A DNA stretch of 64,000 nucleotides. Origin: an uncultured bacterium. GTDB taxonomy: Bacteria; Gemmatimonadota; Gemmatimonadetes; Gemmatimonadales; Gemmatimonadaceae. This document shows positions 29,906-39,552 of this stretch, piece after piece. Under the pieces are notes generated by a model. That model searched no databases and was not told where the DNA came from. It saw nothing but the letters and a program-made list of their open reading frames with translations. The position numbers and the translations under genes are program-made. The first letter of the stretch is position 1, and every line of letters begins with the position of its first letter. The stretch covers positions 32,001-96,000 of the forward strand of contig CAXBQP010000001.1 of NCBI GenBank assembly GCA_963978095.1. Reading direction: 5' to 3'.

Positions 29906-31240
29906 TCAACGGCTGCGTGGCGCGGACGCGGCGAGTGCCTGTCGCGCGAGCTGTTTTCCGAGCTCCACCCCGGGCTGGTTCGTCGGATCCACCCGATACA
30001 GCGCTCCGGCCAGCACGGTGGCCCGCATGAACAGCATCGCCAGCCCCCCCAGATGCCAAGGGTCGCACCGATCCACGCTGAGGGTCATGCTGGGGCGCCC
30101 CATCGCTGCCAAGGCGTCGGCCGTGGCGGCCTGCTCGGCGTCGAGCAGCGTCCCCATGGTCCGGCCCGCGAGGTAGTCTGTCCCCTCTGGTGCACCAGGG
30201 AGTCCGGGGATACTCAGGTCCACCGCGCGCGCGCGCTCGACCACGAAGGTCACGGTCTTGTCCTTCGGCCCCTCCATGAACAGCTGGACCTGACTGTGCT
30301 GGTCCGTGGCGCCGAGTGCCGCGAGCGGCGTCGGCCCGACGGGGACGCCATCCGCGTCCTGCTTGCCGAGGCTCTCCGCCCAGAGTTGCACGAACCAGGG
30401 GGCGAGTCCCCGCATCGCGTCAGAGTAGGGCATGAGGACGTGCGTCCCCTGCCCCGCGCCGGTGTGCGCTCGCCACTGGAGCATGGCGAACTGCCCCGCG
30501 GGATTGGCGTCCAGCACCTCCGTCTCGCACGCCTGCCCCATCGCCGCGGCTCCGGTACGGAGCGCGGTCACGTCGATGCCCACGAGCGCCGCCGGCAAGG
30601 TTGCCACCGGGGTGAACAGACTGAATCGCCCTCCGACGTTGGCAGGGACCGAGAACACCGGGAGCCCATCGCGCTCCGCCACGGGGCGAAGGACTCCAGC
30701 CGTGGGATCCGTCACCACGGCCACATGATGGGCCGCGAGGAGTCCCTGTTCGTCGATGCGATGGCGTACATACAGATACTGGGCCATCGTCTCCGCGGTG
30801 CCACCACTCTTTGAGATGACCAGAAAGAGCGTACGCGAGAGCTCGATCAGGTCGAACACGCCGGCAACACTGCGGGGGTCGACGTTGTCCACCACGTGCA
30901 GCCGCGGACGCCCACCCCGCTGCGCACCTTGCCGCGCATTCCAGCCGTATGGCAGCAATGCCGTTGCCAGCATGGTCGCGCCCAGTGCGGATCCGCCGAT
31001 GCCCAGGACGACGATATCGTCATAGCGCCCATGGGTGGTCGCGACCCAGGCACACATGCGCGCGTGCTCCGCGTCCTGCGATGCGAGATCGGCGAATCCG
31101 TAACTGCCGGCCGCGATTCGCGCGCGCACCACGTCGTGGGCCGAAGCGAATCGCCCCTGCAGCCCCTCCCAATCCTCGTCGGAAACACCGGAGGGGACGC
31201 GCGATGCGCGCATGCGGGAGGTCTCAAGATGAATCGTCAT
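29906..31240 (-). CDS. pgi: Glucose-6-phosphate isomerase
   Basis: GIGGSALG, ISKSGGTAET, VGGRFS, QLWAESLGK, DQHSQVQ, QPGVELGK. Confidence 0.95.
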   Translation of the reverse strand: MTIHLETSRMRASRVPSGVSDEDWEGLQGRFASAHDVVRARIAAGSYGFADLASQDAEHARMCAWVATTHGRYDDIVVLGIGGSALGATMLATALLPYGWNARQGAQRGGRPRLHVVDNVDPRSVAGVFDLIELSRTLFLVISKSGGTAETMAQYLYVRHRIDEQGLLAAHHVAVVTDPTAGVLRPVAERDGLPVFSVPANVGGRFSLFTPVATLPAALVGIDVTALRTGAAAMGQACETEVLDANPAGQFAMLQWRAHTGAGQGTHVLMPYSDAMRGLAPWFVQLWAESLGKQDADGVPVGPTPLAALGATDQHSQVQLFMEGPKDKTVTFVVERARAVDLSIPGLPGAPEGTDYLAGRTMGTLLDAEQAATADALAAMGRPSMTLSVDRCDPWHLGGLAMLFMRATVLAGALYRVDPTNQPGVELGKQLARQALAASAPRSR

Positions 31241-32016
31241 GCGTCGACCGTGACTCGCAGTCCGTCGAATGCCGGATGCATGCCGTCAGGGAGCTCGGCC
31301 TCGAGCGCCGCGTGGGAATTCTGATGTGTGAGATGCGTGAAGTAGGTACGGCCAGCGCCCACACGGCGCGCGGTCTCGACCGCCTCGCCGAGGCTGAGGT
31401 GCGTGGGATGCTCGGTGCGGAACAGGGCGTTCAGCACCAAGACCTCGACCCCGCGCAGGGTGGCGATGGCCGCGTCCGGCAGCGACTTCGCGTCAGTGAC
31501 ATAGCCGATGCGGCCCACCCGATACCCGAACACCCGCGCGCGACCGTGCGGCACCTCGAGCGCCACGACCTCGAGCCCGGCCACCTCGAACGGCTCACCC
31601 GGGACCACGCTGGTGAGCGACCCCTCGGGCTTGGACGTCCCCGGAATCACCCGCATGTCCTGGTCGAAGATGTAGCCGAAGCGGTCGCGCAACAGGGCGA
31701 GGGTCTCCGGCGGTCCGTACATGGGCAACGCGCTCCCCCGACGCACGGAGATCGCACGGATGTCATCAATCCCATGGGTGTGGTCGGCGTGATCGTGCGT
31801 GAACAGCACGGCATCGACCTCGGCGATCCCGGTGGCGATCAGCTGCAGACGGAGTTCCGGCGGCGCGTCGATGAGCAGGCGGGTGCCCGCATGTTCGATG
31901 ACCGCACCGACCCTGGTCCGCTTGTCCCGGGGATCATCCGAGCGGCAGACCGCGCAGGCGCACCCGATCTGCGGAACGCCGAAACTCGTGCCGGTCCCGA
32001 GAAAGGTCAGCTTCAC
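31237..32016 (-). CDS. MBL-fold metallo-hydrolase (PhnP-like)
   Basis: FLGTGTSFGVP, CACAVC, THDHADHTHG, FTHLTH. Confidence 0.9.
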   Translation of the reverse strand: MKLTFLGTGTSFGVPQIGCACAVCRSDDPRDKRTRVGAVIEHAGTRLLIDAPPELRLQLIATGIAEVDAVLFTHDHADHTHGIDDIRAISVRRGSALPMYGPPETLALLRDRFGYIFDQDMRVIPGTSKPEGSLTSVVPGEPFEVAGLEVVALEVPHGRARVFGYRVGRIGYVTDAKSLPDAAIATLRGVEVLVLNALFRTEHPTHLSLGEAVETARRVGAGRTYFTHLTHQNSHAALEAELPDGMHPAFDGLRVTVDA

Positions 32017-33431
32017 ACGGTCTCGACTTTCATCGTGTTGGTCGTCCCCGGAACATCAAAGGGAACGCCGGCCGTGATGATCACTTGTTGTCCCGGTGTG
32101 GCAAGATTGTGCTTCACCAGCACCTCCCGCGCCTGGGCCAACATCTGTTCGTAGGTATCCGCGTGCGGGACCAGGAACGGGACCACGCCCCACACCAGCG
32201 CGAGCTGGCGGTACGTGCGCGCCTGATCGGTCAGCACGACGATCGGGACTCCGGGGCGACGCGCCGCGACCACGCGCGCACTGAATCCGCTCTTGGTGAA
32301 CACGATGATGGATGCCGCGCCCAGCAACCGTACGGCGGTGATCGCCGACGACGCGATCGTCTCCTCCACGCTGGCCTCGCCGGGCAGCAACCGGTCGAGC
32401 CCCATGCCGCGCGTCACCGGCAGCGTCTCCGCCGCGGTGACGATGCGATGCATGGCCTCCACCGTCAGTTCCGGAAAGGCGCCAGCCGCCGTCTCGGCCG
32501 AGAGCATCACGGCATCCGTGCCGTCGAGCACGGCATTCGCCACGTCGTTCGCCTCGGCACGCGTCGGCCGCGGATGTTCGATCATCGACTCGAGCATCTG
32601 CGTCGCCGTGATGACCGGCCGCCCGAACCGGTTCGCCAAGCCGATGATCCGCTTCTGCGCCACCGGGACTTCCTCGAATGGCAACTCGACGCCGAGATCT
32701 CCGCGGGCCACCATCACCGCGTCGGAGACCTTGAGGATCTCGTCCAGCCGCATCAGCGCGCTGTCCTTCTCGATTTTCGCGACGATCAACATCCCCTTGG
32801 GGAGCAGCGCCCGCATCTCCTTGATGTCCTCGGGACGCCGCACGAAGCTGAGTGCCAGATAGTCGAGATCCTGCTCGATCGCGAACGCGATGTCCGTGCG
32901 ATCCTTCTCGGTCAGCGACGGTGCCGAGACGTCGATGCCCGGAAGATTCATGCCCTTGTGCGACGACATCCGCCCACCATGCAGCGTGCGCACGTGCACC
33001 CGGTCGCCGTGAATGGCGGTCACCGTGAACTCCAGGAGTCCGTCGTTGACCAGGATACGCCCGCCGACGCGGACGTCTTGCGCGATGTCATCGTAGGTGA
33101 CGGGGATCTCGTCTCCGGCCGCCACGGATTCATGGGCGAAGACCACCGTCTGCCCGTCGGCGATCTCCAGCGGCGCCGGGAGATCGCCGATCCGAATGCG
33201 CGGCCCCTGCAGATCGCCGAGGATCGCCACCGGCCGTCCCGCGTCCTGGGCCAGCCCACGGATGGTGGTGATGGTCCGGGCGTGCTGTTCGTGCGTCCCG
33301 TGTGAGAAGTTGATGCGGGCCACATCGAGGCCGCGCGCGATCAACGACGCCAAGACCTCCGGCTTCGATGAGGCGGGTCCGATGGTCGCGACGATCTTGG
33401 TTCGCGCGTGTGCACTCCAGGCAGCACTCAT
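32013..33431 (-). CDS. pyk: Pyruvate kinase
   Basis: RTKIVATIGPAS, RINFSHG, MVARGDLGVE, TATQMLESM, DAVMLSAETA. Confidence 0.96.
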   Translation of the reverse strand: MSAAWSAHARTKIVATIGPASSKPEVLASLIARGLDVARINFSHGTHEQHARTITTIRGLAQDAGRPVAILGDLQGPRIRIGDLPAPLEIADGQTVVFAHESVAAGDEIPVTYDDIAQDVRVGGRILVNDGLLEFTVTAIHGDRVHVRTLHGGRMSSHKGMNLPGIDVSAPSLTEKDRTDIAFAIEQDLDYLALSFVRRPEDIKEMRALLPKGMLIVAKIEKDSALMRLDEILKVSDAVMVARGDLGVELPFEEVPVAQKRIIGLANRFGRPVITATQMLESMIEHPRPTRAEANDVANAVLDGTDAVMLSAETAAGAFPELTVEAMHRIVTAAETLPVTRGMGLDRLLPGEASVEETIASSAITAVRLLGAASIIVFTKSGFSARVVAARRPGVPIVVLTDQARTYRQLALVWGVVPFLVPHADTYEQMLAQAREVLVKHNLATPGQQVIITAGVPFDVPGTTNTMKVETV

Positions 33432-34543
33432 GTCGTGAACGGACGTCCCAACGCCGCCGCCTTGCCGGCGAGCCCGGCGATCAGCGTGTCGAACGACTTC
33501 TGGAAGCTCGCGAGCCCCTCTGCCAACAGTTTGTCTGTGACCTCGGAGAGTGAGATCCCCTGAGCACCGATCGCACCCAAGGCGCGGCGCGCCCCGTCGA
33601 TGTCCGCATCCACCGTCCGGGCCACCGTGCCATGGTCGCGGAACGCATCCAGCGTGGCGGGGGGCAGCGTGTTGACCGTGTTGGGTCCGATCAGCGTCTC
33701 CACGTACTTGACGTCCGAATAGGCCGGGTTCTTGGTCCCCGTCGACGCCCACAGCGGACGCTGGACCTGCGCGCCGCGTGACGCGAGGGCCGCCCATCGG
33801 GAGCCGGCGAACTGCTCCAGAAAGAGCGCATAGGCGAGCACCGCATTGGCAACCGCGGCATGGCCGCGCAACGACAACGCATCCGGCGTGCCGATGGCCT
33901 CGAGCCGCTTGTCGATCTCGGAGTCCACGCGGCTCACGAAGAACGACGCCACACTCGCTACGCGGTCGACCGCGCCCCCCGCAGCCACGCGATCCTCGAG
34001 TCCGCTCAGGTACGCCTCGATCACTCGGGCATGGGCCTCGACCGCGAAGAGCAGGGTGACGTTGACGTTGATCCCGTCGGCGATCAAGCGGCGGAGCGCA
34101 ACGGCACCCTCCGCGGTTCCCGGTACCTTGATCATCACGTTCGGGCGATCGACCGACGTCCACAGGCGGTGGGCCTCCTCGACCGTCGCCGACGCGTCAT
34201 GGGCGGCGCCGGGACTCACTTCGATCGAGACGTAGCCGTCGATCCCCTTCGTGCGCTCATACACCGGCCGGAACAGGTCGCACGCGCGACGGACATCGTC
34301 CGTCTCCACGAGTTCGAACATCGCCCACGCGTTGGTCACCGCGGCGGCGGACTGGATCTGCGCATCGTACGCCGTACCCTGCGCGAGCGCTTTTTCGAAA
34401 ATCGTCGGGTTCGACGTCTGGCCCGTGAGCGCTTCGTCGCGAATGCGCCGCTCCAGCTCGCCATCGTGCAACATCGTCCGGTCGATGTAGTCGAGCCAGA
34501 TGGACTGGCCGGCGGCGTGCAGCGCGTGCAGGGGCGTGGTCAT
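33428..34543 (-). CDS. tal: Transaldolase
   Basis: QSIWLD, TSNPTIF, VMIKVP, NVTLLF, SFFVSRVD, PLWASTGTKNP. Confidence 0.95.
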   Translation of the reverse strand: MTTPLHALHAAGQSIWLDYIDRTMLHDGELERRIRDEALTGQTSNPTIFEKALAQGTAYDAQIQSAAAVTNAWAMFELVETDDVRRACDLFRPVYERTKGIDGYVSIEVSPGAAHDASATVEEAHRLWTSVDRPNVMIKVPGTAEGAVALRRLIADGINVNVTLLFAVEAHARVIEAYLSGLEDRVAAGGAVDRVASVASFFVSRVDSEIDKRLEAIGTPDALSLRGHAAVANAVLAYALFLEQFAGSRWAALASRGAQVQRPLWASTGTKNPAYSDVKYVETLIGPNTVNTLPPATLDAFRDHGTVARTVDADIDGARRALGAIGAQGISLSEVTDKLLAEGLASFQKSFDTLIAGLAGKAAALGRPFTT

Positions 34544-34588
34544 GGTGAAGCGGTCCCGAGCGGAGGGTGGGGTGGCGGGCGTCCCCTA

Positions 34589-34594
34589 ATTATA
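34589..34594 (-). promoter_or_regulatory. -10 box (TATAAT) of the tal-pyk-pgi operon
   Basis: Perfect TATAAT on the minus strand, 45 nt upstream of the tal ATG, in GC-rich context. Confidence 0.55.
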
Positions 34595-34726
34595 GCGCAG
34601 GACCGCCTCACCCTCCATCACGTTTTCACCCCGCCACGTGGTCGACTGTCGTGGGGCAGATTATCGTTCACGACACGATATCGCCGACGTCGCCGACGTC
34701 TCCTCCCACTCTCGCCGCACCCCACC

Positions 34727-35158
34727 ATGCCGAAGGATTTCCCCGACCATCACGACGCCGACCTGGTCATCCGGTTCTACGAAATGCGCCGCGAGGCCGT
34801 CACCCGCGATGCCAGGAAAGCGATGGCGGCCTGGATGCCCAAGACGTGGGACGACGTCGTGGCGCTGTCCAAGCCGGACCACCCGAACAACGCCGCCTTC
34901 CGCCAGCTCAGCGGCTACTGGGAGATGGTCTACGGCATGGCCCGCCACGGAATCGCGCACGGGGAGTTCCTGATGGAGAACAGCGGCGAGGGGATGTTCT
35001 TCTACTCGCGCTTCGAGCCCTATCTCGCGCAGATGCGTGAGCACATGAGTCCACGCATCTTCACGAACTGCGAGTGGGTGTCCAAGCACACGGAGATGGG
35101 CAAGACCCAACTCGCGATGTTCGTCGCGCGGTGGGCCAAGATGAACGCCGCCAAGTAA
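34727..35158 (+). CDS. Conserved hypothetical protein (DUF4760-like)
   Basis: PDHHDADLVIRFYEMRRE..RQLSGYWEM; typical GC3 codon bias. Confidence 0.7.
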   Translation: MPKDFPDHHDADLVIRFYEMRREAVTRDARKAMAAWMPKTWDDVVALSKPDHPNNAAFRQLSGYWEMVYGMARHGIAHGEFLMENSGEGMFFYSRFEPYLAQMREHMSPRIFTNCEWVSKHTEMGKTQLAMFVARWAKMNAAK

Positions 35159-35226
35159 GCAGGCCTCGAACACCGGACCGCGGGGCGGGACCGCCGTCGA
35201 TCGGCGCGGCCCGCCCCGCGGTCGTG

Positions 35227-35760
35227 TCAGCGCGTGTGCAGCAACCGCACGTACAAGTCGTCCAACTCGGCAACGCCGTCGAACTCGAAGGGATGCGTCC
35301 CGACGTGCATGAAGCCGACCTTCTCGTAGAACCGCTTGGCTCGCGCGTTGTGTTGCCAGACCGCCAGCCACAGCGCATCATGTCCCTCCGCCGCTGCGCG
35401 CTCGACCGCGGCGTCGAGCACTCGCTGCGCCAGCCCCGTCCCCTGCGCTTCGGTTTCGACGTAGAACCGCTCGATCTGCGCCGGACGCTCGGCATCGATC
35501 GCGTCCGGCGCCGGGGCGGCATGCCCCACCGTCACGAAGGCGCGCCACCGCCCACGCTCCGCGACTCGCAGCGTCCACCGCGTGGGCGTCTCGAGCTCCG
35601 CCCGCAACCGCGGCGCCCCATGATACCGCGCGATGTGTCGCTCGAGCCGATCGGCGGGGTATCCGTGGGCGTAGGTCCGGCGAAAGATGTCGGAGAGAAA
35701 TCGGGAGAACTCCTCCGCCTCCGACGGCACCGCCTCGACACAGCGCAAGTCAGTCGTCAC
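35227..35760 (-). CDS. GNAT family N-acetyltransferase
   Basis: RFYV..QGTGLA, LWLAVWQHNARAKRFYEKVGF. Confidence 0.9.
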   Translation of the reverse strand: MTTDLRCVEAVPSEAEEFSRFLSDIFRRTYAHGYPADRLERHIARYHGAPRLRAELETPTRWTLRVAERGRWRAFVTVGHAAPAPDAIDAERPAQIERFYVETEAQGTGLAQRVLDAAVERAAAEGHDALWLAVWQHNARAKRFYEKVGFMHVGTHPFEFDGVAELDDLYVRLLHTR

Positions 35761-35836
35761 GACAGAAAACCTAGTCGGCTGTCGCCATATATTTCAGCCG
35801 TGGCTCCCCGGTCCCCCACTCATTGATCCGCACACG

Positions 35837-37216
35837 ATGCCGGAACGCGACTCCCTCAACCGCGACCTCGCCGTCCGTGAATCGTTCGCCCGCGACGCGA
35901 GCGGCCTCTGGCAGGTCTGCGAGGCCGTTGCCCGCCCTACCAGCGCAGCCGAAGTGGCCGATCTCCTGGCCGAAGCCAACGCACGGCGTACTCCCGTCAC
36001 CACCGCGGGGTCGCAGACGAGTACCACCGGTGCGAGCATCTGTGATCACGGCATCCTCCTCTCGACGCGCGCGCTCTCCCACATCGGTCCGGTCGACCGC
36101 GATGCCCGCACCGTGCGGGTCGGCCCCGGGGTGCTGCTCGGGGAGTTGCAACGCACCATCGCGGCGGAGGGATTGTTCTTCGCACCGGATCCGACGAGCG
36201 ATCAGGAATGCACGGTCGGCGGCGCGATCGCCTGCAACGCGAGCGGACCGCGCACCCTGCGCTACGGCCCCACGCGCGCGCACGTGCGCAGCCTGAGCAT
36301 CGCACGCGCCGACGGCCGCATCGAGCAGTTCCGGCGCGCCGAGGTGGAGAAGAACACCGTGGGGCTCTTTCCCGCGCAGGATCCGGTGGACTGGTTCATC
36401 GGAAGCGAGGGAATCCTCGGGGTGATCGTCGAAGCCGAGCTCGCGCTGCTGCCGCGGCCGCACCTCGAGATCGGACTCGCGATCCCGTTCCCGGATGAAT
36501 CGCGCGCCCTGGCCGCGATCATCGCCGCACGAGAGTCGCGCGTCCTGGTTCCCCGATGCCTGGAGTTCTTCGACGCCGAATGTTTCGCGATCGCACGTGA
36601 TGGACAGGGAGACCCCCACTGGGCGCCGGAGTCGCGGGCCTTGGTCTATACCGAAATCACCGCCGACGGCGACGCGCTCCCGCCGCTGGACGAATGGCTG
36701 GAGCTCGCCGAGGCCCATGGCGCGCACGCCAATGACGTTCGCGTCTTCGACGGCGACGCCGCCATCCGGGAGGCACGCCGCCTGCGGCACGCGGTGCCGG
36801 CCACGATGCACGAACGCGTGGCCCCCTACCTCTCGGCCGGTGGCCGTCGCGTCTCCACCGATTGGGCGGTGCCGTGGCGCCTCGCCCCCCAGGCGGTTGC
36901 CATGGCGCGAGCCCACGCACAGGAAGCAGGCGTGGCGCCTGGCGTCATCTACGGCCACCTCGGGAACGGACATCCCCACCAGAACTTCGTCGCGCGCGAT
37001 CCGGCCGAGGTGGCGCGCTTCGAACAGGTCGTCGAGCGTACCCTGCGCGACGTCATCGCGATGGGGGGTACCGTGGCCGCCGAACACGGGATCGGCAAGA
37101 TCAAGTCGCGCTGGCTCCCGCTGCAGATGCGAAGCTCGCAGATCGCCGTGATGCGGGCGCTCAAAGCTGAGCTGGACCCGAACGGCATCATGGCCCCCGG
37201 CAACATCCTCGCGTGA
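35837..37216 (+). CDS. FAD-binding oxidoreductase (GlcD/D-2-hydroxyacid dehydrogenase-like)
   Basis: FFAPDPTS, TVGGAIACNASG, GSEGILG, GHLGNGHPH, AEHGIGK, DPNGIMAPG. Confidence 0.88.
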   Translation: MPERDSLNRDLAVRESFARDASGLWQVCEAVARPTSAAEVADLLAEANARRTPVTTAGSQTSTTGASICDHGILLSTRALSHIGPVDRDARTVRVGPGVLLGELQRTIAAEGLFFAPDPTSDQECTVGGAIACNASGPRTLRYGPTRAHVRSLSIARADGRIEQFRRAEVEKNTVGLFPAQDPVDWFIGSEGILGVIVEAELALLPRPHLEIGLAIPFPDESRALAAIIAARESRVLVPRCLEFFDAECFAIARDGQGDPHWAPESRALVYTEITADGDALPPLDEWLELAEAHGAHANDVRVFDGDAAIREARRLRHAVPATMHERVAPYLSAGGRRVSTDWAVPWRLAPQAVAMARAHAQEAGVAPGVIYGHLGNGHPHQNFVARDPAEVARFEQVVERTLRDVIAMGGTVAAEHGIGKIKSRWLPLQMRSSQIAVMRALKAELDPNGIMAPGNILA

Positions 37217-37241
37217 CGACGGCGGCCTCGGAACGCACCCC

Positions 37242-38333
37242 ATGAGTGCGTTCGGCACCTTCTTCCTCCCGGGCCCGACCGAAGTCCGGCGTGAGGTGTT
37301 GCAGGCCATGTCGCGACCCATGATCGCGCATCGCGGACCCGAGTTCGAGGCGCTCTTCCAGGAGATTCAGGACGGGTTGCGTGAGCTTTTCGGCACGCGG
37401 CGCCCCGTGTACGTCAGTACGAGTTCCGCCACGGGGCTCATGGAAGCCGCGATCCGCAACACCCCCGCCGGCCCGATCTTGTCACTCGTGAACGGCGCGT
37501 TCTCCGAGCGGTTCGCCGCGATCGCCCGCGCGTGCGAGCGCGAGGTGCGGATCCTGCGGGCACCCGAGGGCACCGTGGTCCCCCACGAGGCGGTGGAGCA
37601 CGCACTCCGGGAGCGCTGGTACGCCGCCGTCACCGCGGTGCACTCCGAAACGTCCACCGGCGCGCTGAGCGACGTCGGAGCGCTCGCCGCGCTCGCCCAC
37701 GCGCATGAGGCGATGATCCTCGTCGACAGCGTCACGGGCGTCGGGGGAACACCCATGCGCGCGGACGCGTGGGCGCTGGATTTCGTGTTGACGGGTTCGC
37801 AGAAGGCGCTGGCGCTCCCGCCAGGGCTCGCGTTCGCCGTGGCCAGCGAGCGGTTCGTGCTGCAGGCGGAGGCCCTCCGCGATCGCGGGCGCTACTTCGA
37901 TGTCGTGGAGTTCGAGCAGGCGGCGCGCCGCCACCAGACGCCGAACACACCGGCGCTCTCGCTGCTGTACGCGACGCAGGAACAGTGCCGCGCCCTCCTG
38001 GCGGAAGGGCTCGCGCCGCGCTGGGCTCGGCACGACGCCATGCGCGATGCCACGGTCGATTGGGCGAACGCCGCCGCGCGCGACGGACTGCTCGCCGGCA
38101 TCGTCGCGCACGAGGGCGTGCGTTCCCCGACCGTCACCGCCCTCCGGCTTCCCACGCCTCTGCGCGACACCGCGGTCGCCGCCGCACTCGGGCGCCGCGG
38201 CTTCACGATCGGCACCGGCTACGGCGCGCTCGCCGGGACGACCGTACGTATCGGGCACATGGGGGACCACTCCGTCTCCGGCCTCGAGCGCTGCCTCACC
38301 GCGCTGACGGAGACGCTGCGCACACTCAGCTGA
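37242..38333 (+). CDS. Class V aminotransferase (alanine/serine-glyoxylate type)
   Basis: LPGPTEV, HSETSTG, VDSVT, GSQKALALPPGL, TPNTP, RIGHMG. Confidence 0.9.
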   Translation: MSAFGTFFLPGPTEVRREVLQAMSRPMIAHRGPEFEALFQEIQDGLRELFGTRRPVYVSTSSATGLMEAAIRNTPAGPILSLVNGAFSERFAAIARACEREVRILRAPEGTVVPHEAVEHALRERWYAAVTAVHSETSTGALSDVGALAALAHAHEAMILVDSVTGVGGTPMRADAWALDFVLTGSQKALALPPGLAFAVASERFVLQAEALRDRGRYFDVVEFEQAARRHQTPNTPALSLLYATQEQCRALLAEGLAPRWARHDAMRDATVDWANAAARDGLLAGIVAHEGVRSPTVTALRLPTPLRDTAVAAALGRRGFTIGTGYGALAGTTVRIGHMGDHSVSGLERCLTALTETLRTLS

Positions 38334-38820
38334 TCACGACCGGTGCGAACGTTGCCTCCCCGGCACGCGCCCCGAGCAACAGGCGCGCGACCTCCTGATT
38401 CCTGTACGTGAAGATCCGGGTGAGCTGTCGACGCACGATCGGGTGCGCGAGGTTGCCGAGGACGCCCAACGGCAGCGCATAGCGGACTTCATCGTCCATG
38501 CGGACGCCACCCGGAACCGAGTGGAAGGTGTGACGGTGCACCCACTGGGCGTACGGCCCCTTGAGCTGCACATCGGTGAACTCGCGGCTGGGCTCCCAAC
38601 TCTCGATCAGGGTGCGCCAGCTCATGGGAATCCCATGCAACCCGATCCGATAATCGATCAGCGTCCCCCGCCCCATCGTGATCGGCAGCGGCGTGATGAT
38701 GGTGAACGACAGCTCCGGCGGGGTGATGCGGCCGAGGTTCGCCGCGTCGGCAAAGAACGGGAAGACCGCGTCGCGCTCCAACGGGAGCGTGAGCGAGGTC
38801 CTCAGCAGATGAACAGTCAT
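38326..38820 (-). CDS. SRPBCC family protein
   Basis: VFPFFADAANLGRITPP, FTDVQLKGPYAQWVHRHTF, IFTYR. Confidence 0.88.
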   Translation of the reverse strand: MTVHLLRTSLTLPLERDAVFPFFADAANLGRITPPELSFTIITPLPITMGRGTLIDYRIGLHGIPMSWRTLIESWEPSREFTDVQLKGPYAQWVHRHTFHSVPGGVRMDDEVRYALPLGVLGNLAHPIVRRQLTRIFTYRNQEVARLLLGARAGEATFAPVVIS

Positions 38821-38844
38821 CGTCTCGGGGACTAGGGGGGAAGC

Positions 38845-38883
38845 GACACGCGCGACCGGAGCGAAGCCCCGGTCGCGCGCGTC
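38845..38883 (-). terminator. Stem-loop downstream of the fasciclin gene
   Basis: GACGCGCGCGACCGGGGC-TTC-GCTCCGGTCGCGCGTGTC; weak U-tail. Confidence 0.55.
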
Positions 38884-38899
38884 CGAATGCAGCGACTGC

Positions 38900-39403
38900 T
38901 TACTTGCCCTTCGGCGGCATGATCACCGCGTCGATCACGTGGATCACGCCGTTCGAGGCGATGATGTCGGTCTTGACGACGTTCGCGCCGTCGACCATCA
39001 CCTTGCCGCCGTTGACCATGATCTTGGCGGCGGCGCCGTTGACCGTCTTCGCTTCCTTGAGCTTGACGACATCAGCGGCCAGCACCTTGCCGGCGACGAC
39101 GTGGTACGTCAGCACCGCGGCCAGCGCCTTCTTGTCCTTGAGGAGCGCGTCGAGCTGCGCCTTCGGGATCTTGGCGAACGCCTCGTCCGTCGGGGCGAAG
39201 ACGGTGAACGGGCCCTTGCCCTTCAGCGTCTCGACAAGGCCGGCGGCCTGCAACGCGGTGGCGAGGGTCTTGAACGATCCCGCAGCGACCGCGGTCTCGA
39301 CAATGTCCTTGGCCGGGGCGGCCGCAGCCGGCGCCTGGGCGGCGAGCGGCGACGCAACGACGGACGCGAACACGGTGGCAGCGAGCAGCGACTTGAACGA
39401 CAT
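38900..39403 (-). CDS. Secreted fasciclin (FAS1) domain protein
   Basis: Signal peptide; [40 protein letters not shown]. Confidence 0.95.
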   Translation of the reverse strand: MSFKSLLAATVFASVVASPLAAQAPAAAAPAKDIVETAVAAGSFKTLATALQAAGLVETLKGKGPFTVFAPTDEAFAKIPKAQLDALLKDKKALAAVLTYHVVAGKVLAADVVKLKEAKTVNGAAAKIMVNGGKVMVDGANVVKTDIIASNGVIHVIDAVIMPPKGK

Positions 39404-39457
39404 GGTGGAGCTCCTTGGAAGCGATTGGTTGACCTGCCCTGTCCAGCTTGCGTCCAA

Positions 39458-39486
39458 ATAATACCTGTATTTTTGATTTATGTCAA
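39458..39486 (-). promoter_or_regulatory. Sigma70-type promoter of the fasciclin gene (TTGACA-N17-TATTAT)
   Basis: TTGACA 39486-39481; TATTAT 39463-39458. Confidence 0.8.
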
Positions 39487-39502
39487 GCTTTTAGCTGGGC
39501 CT

Positions 39503-39546
39503 AACATTGACGTAACATTGACAAAATGGCAACGAATCCATAGTTT
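39503..39546 (+). promoter_or_regulatory. carH promoter (TTGACA-N17-TAGTTT) overlapped by 11-bp direct repeats, a candidate operator
   Basis: AACATTGACGT-AACATTGACAA-AATGGCAACGA (39503-39535); -35 at 39518-39523; -10 at 39541-39546. Confidence 0.7.
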
Positions 39547-39552
39547 CTATCC

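Noticed and set aside
34681..34700. TCGCCGACG tandem duplication
   Set aside because: Only two short GC-rich copies; not distinguishable from chance.
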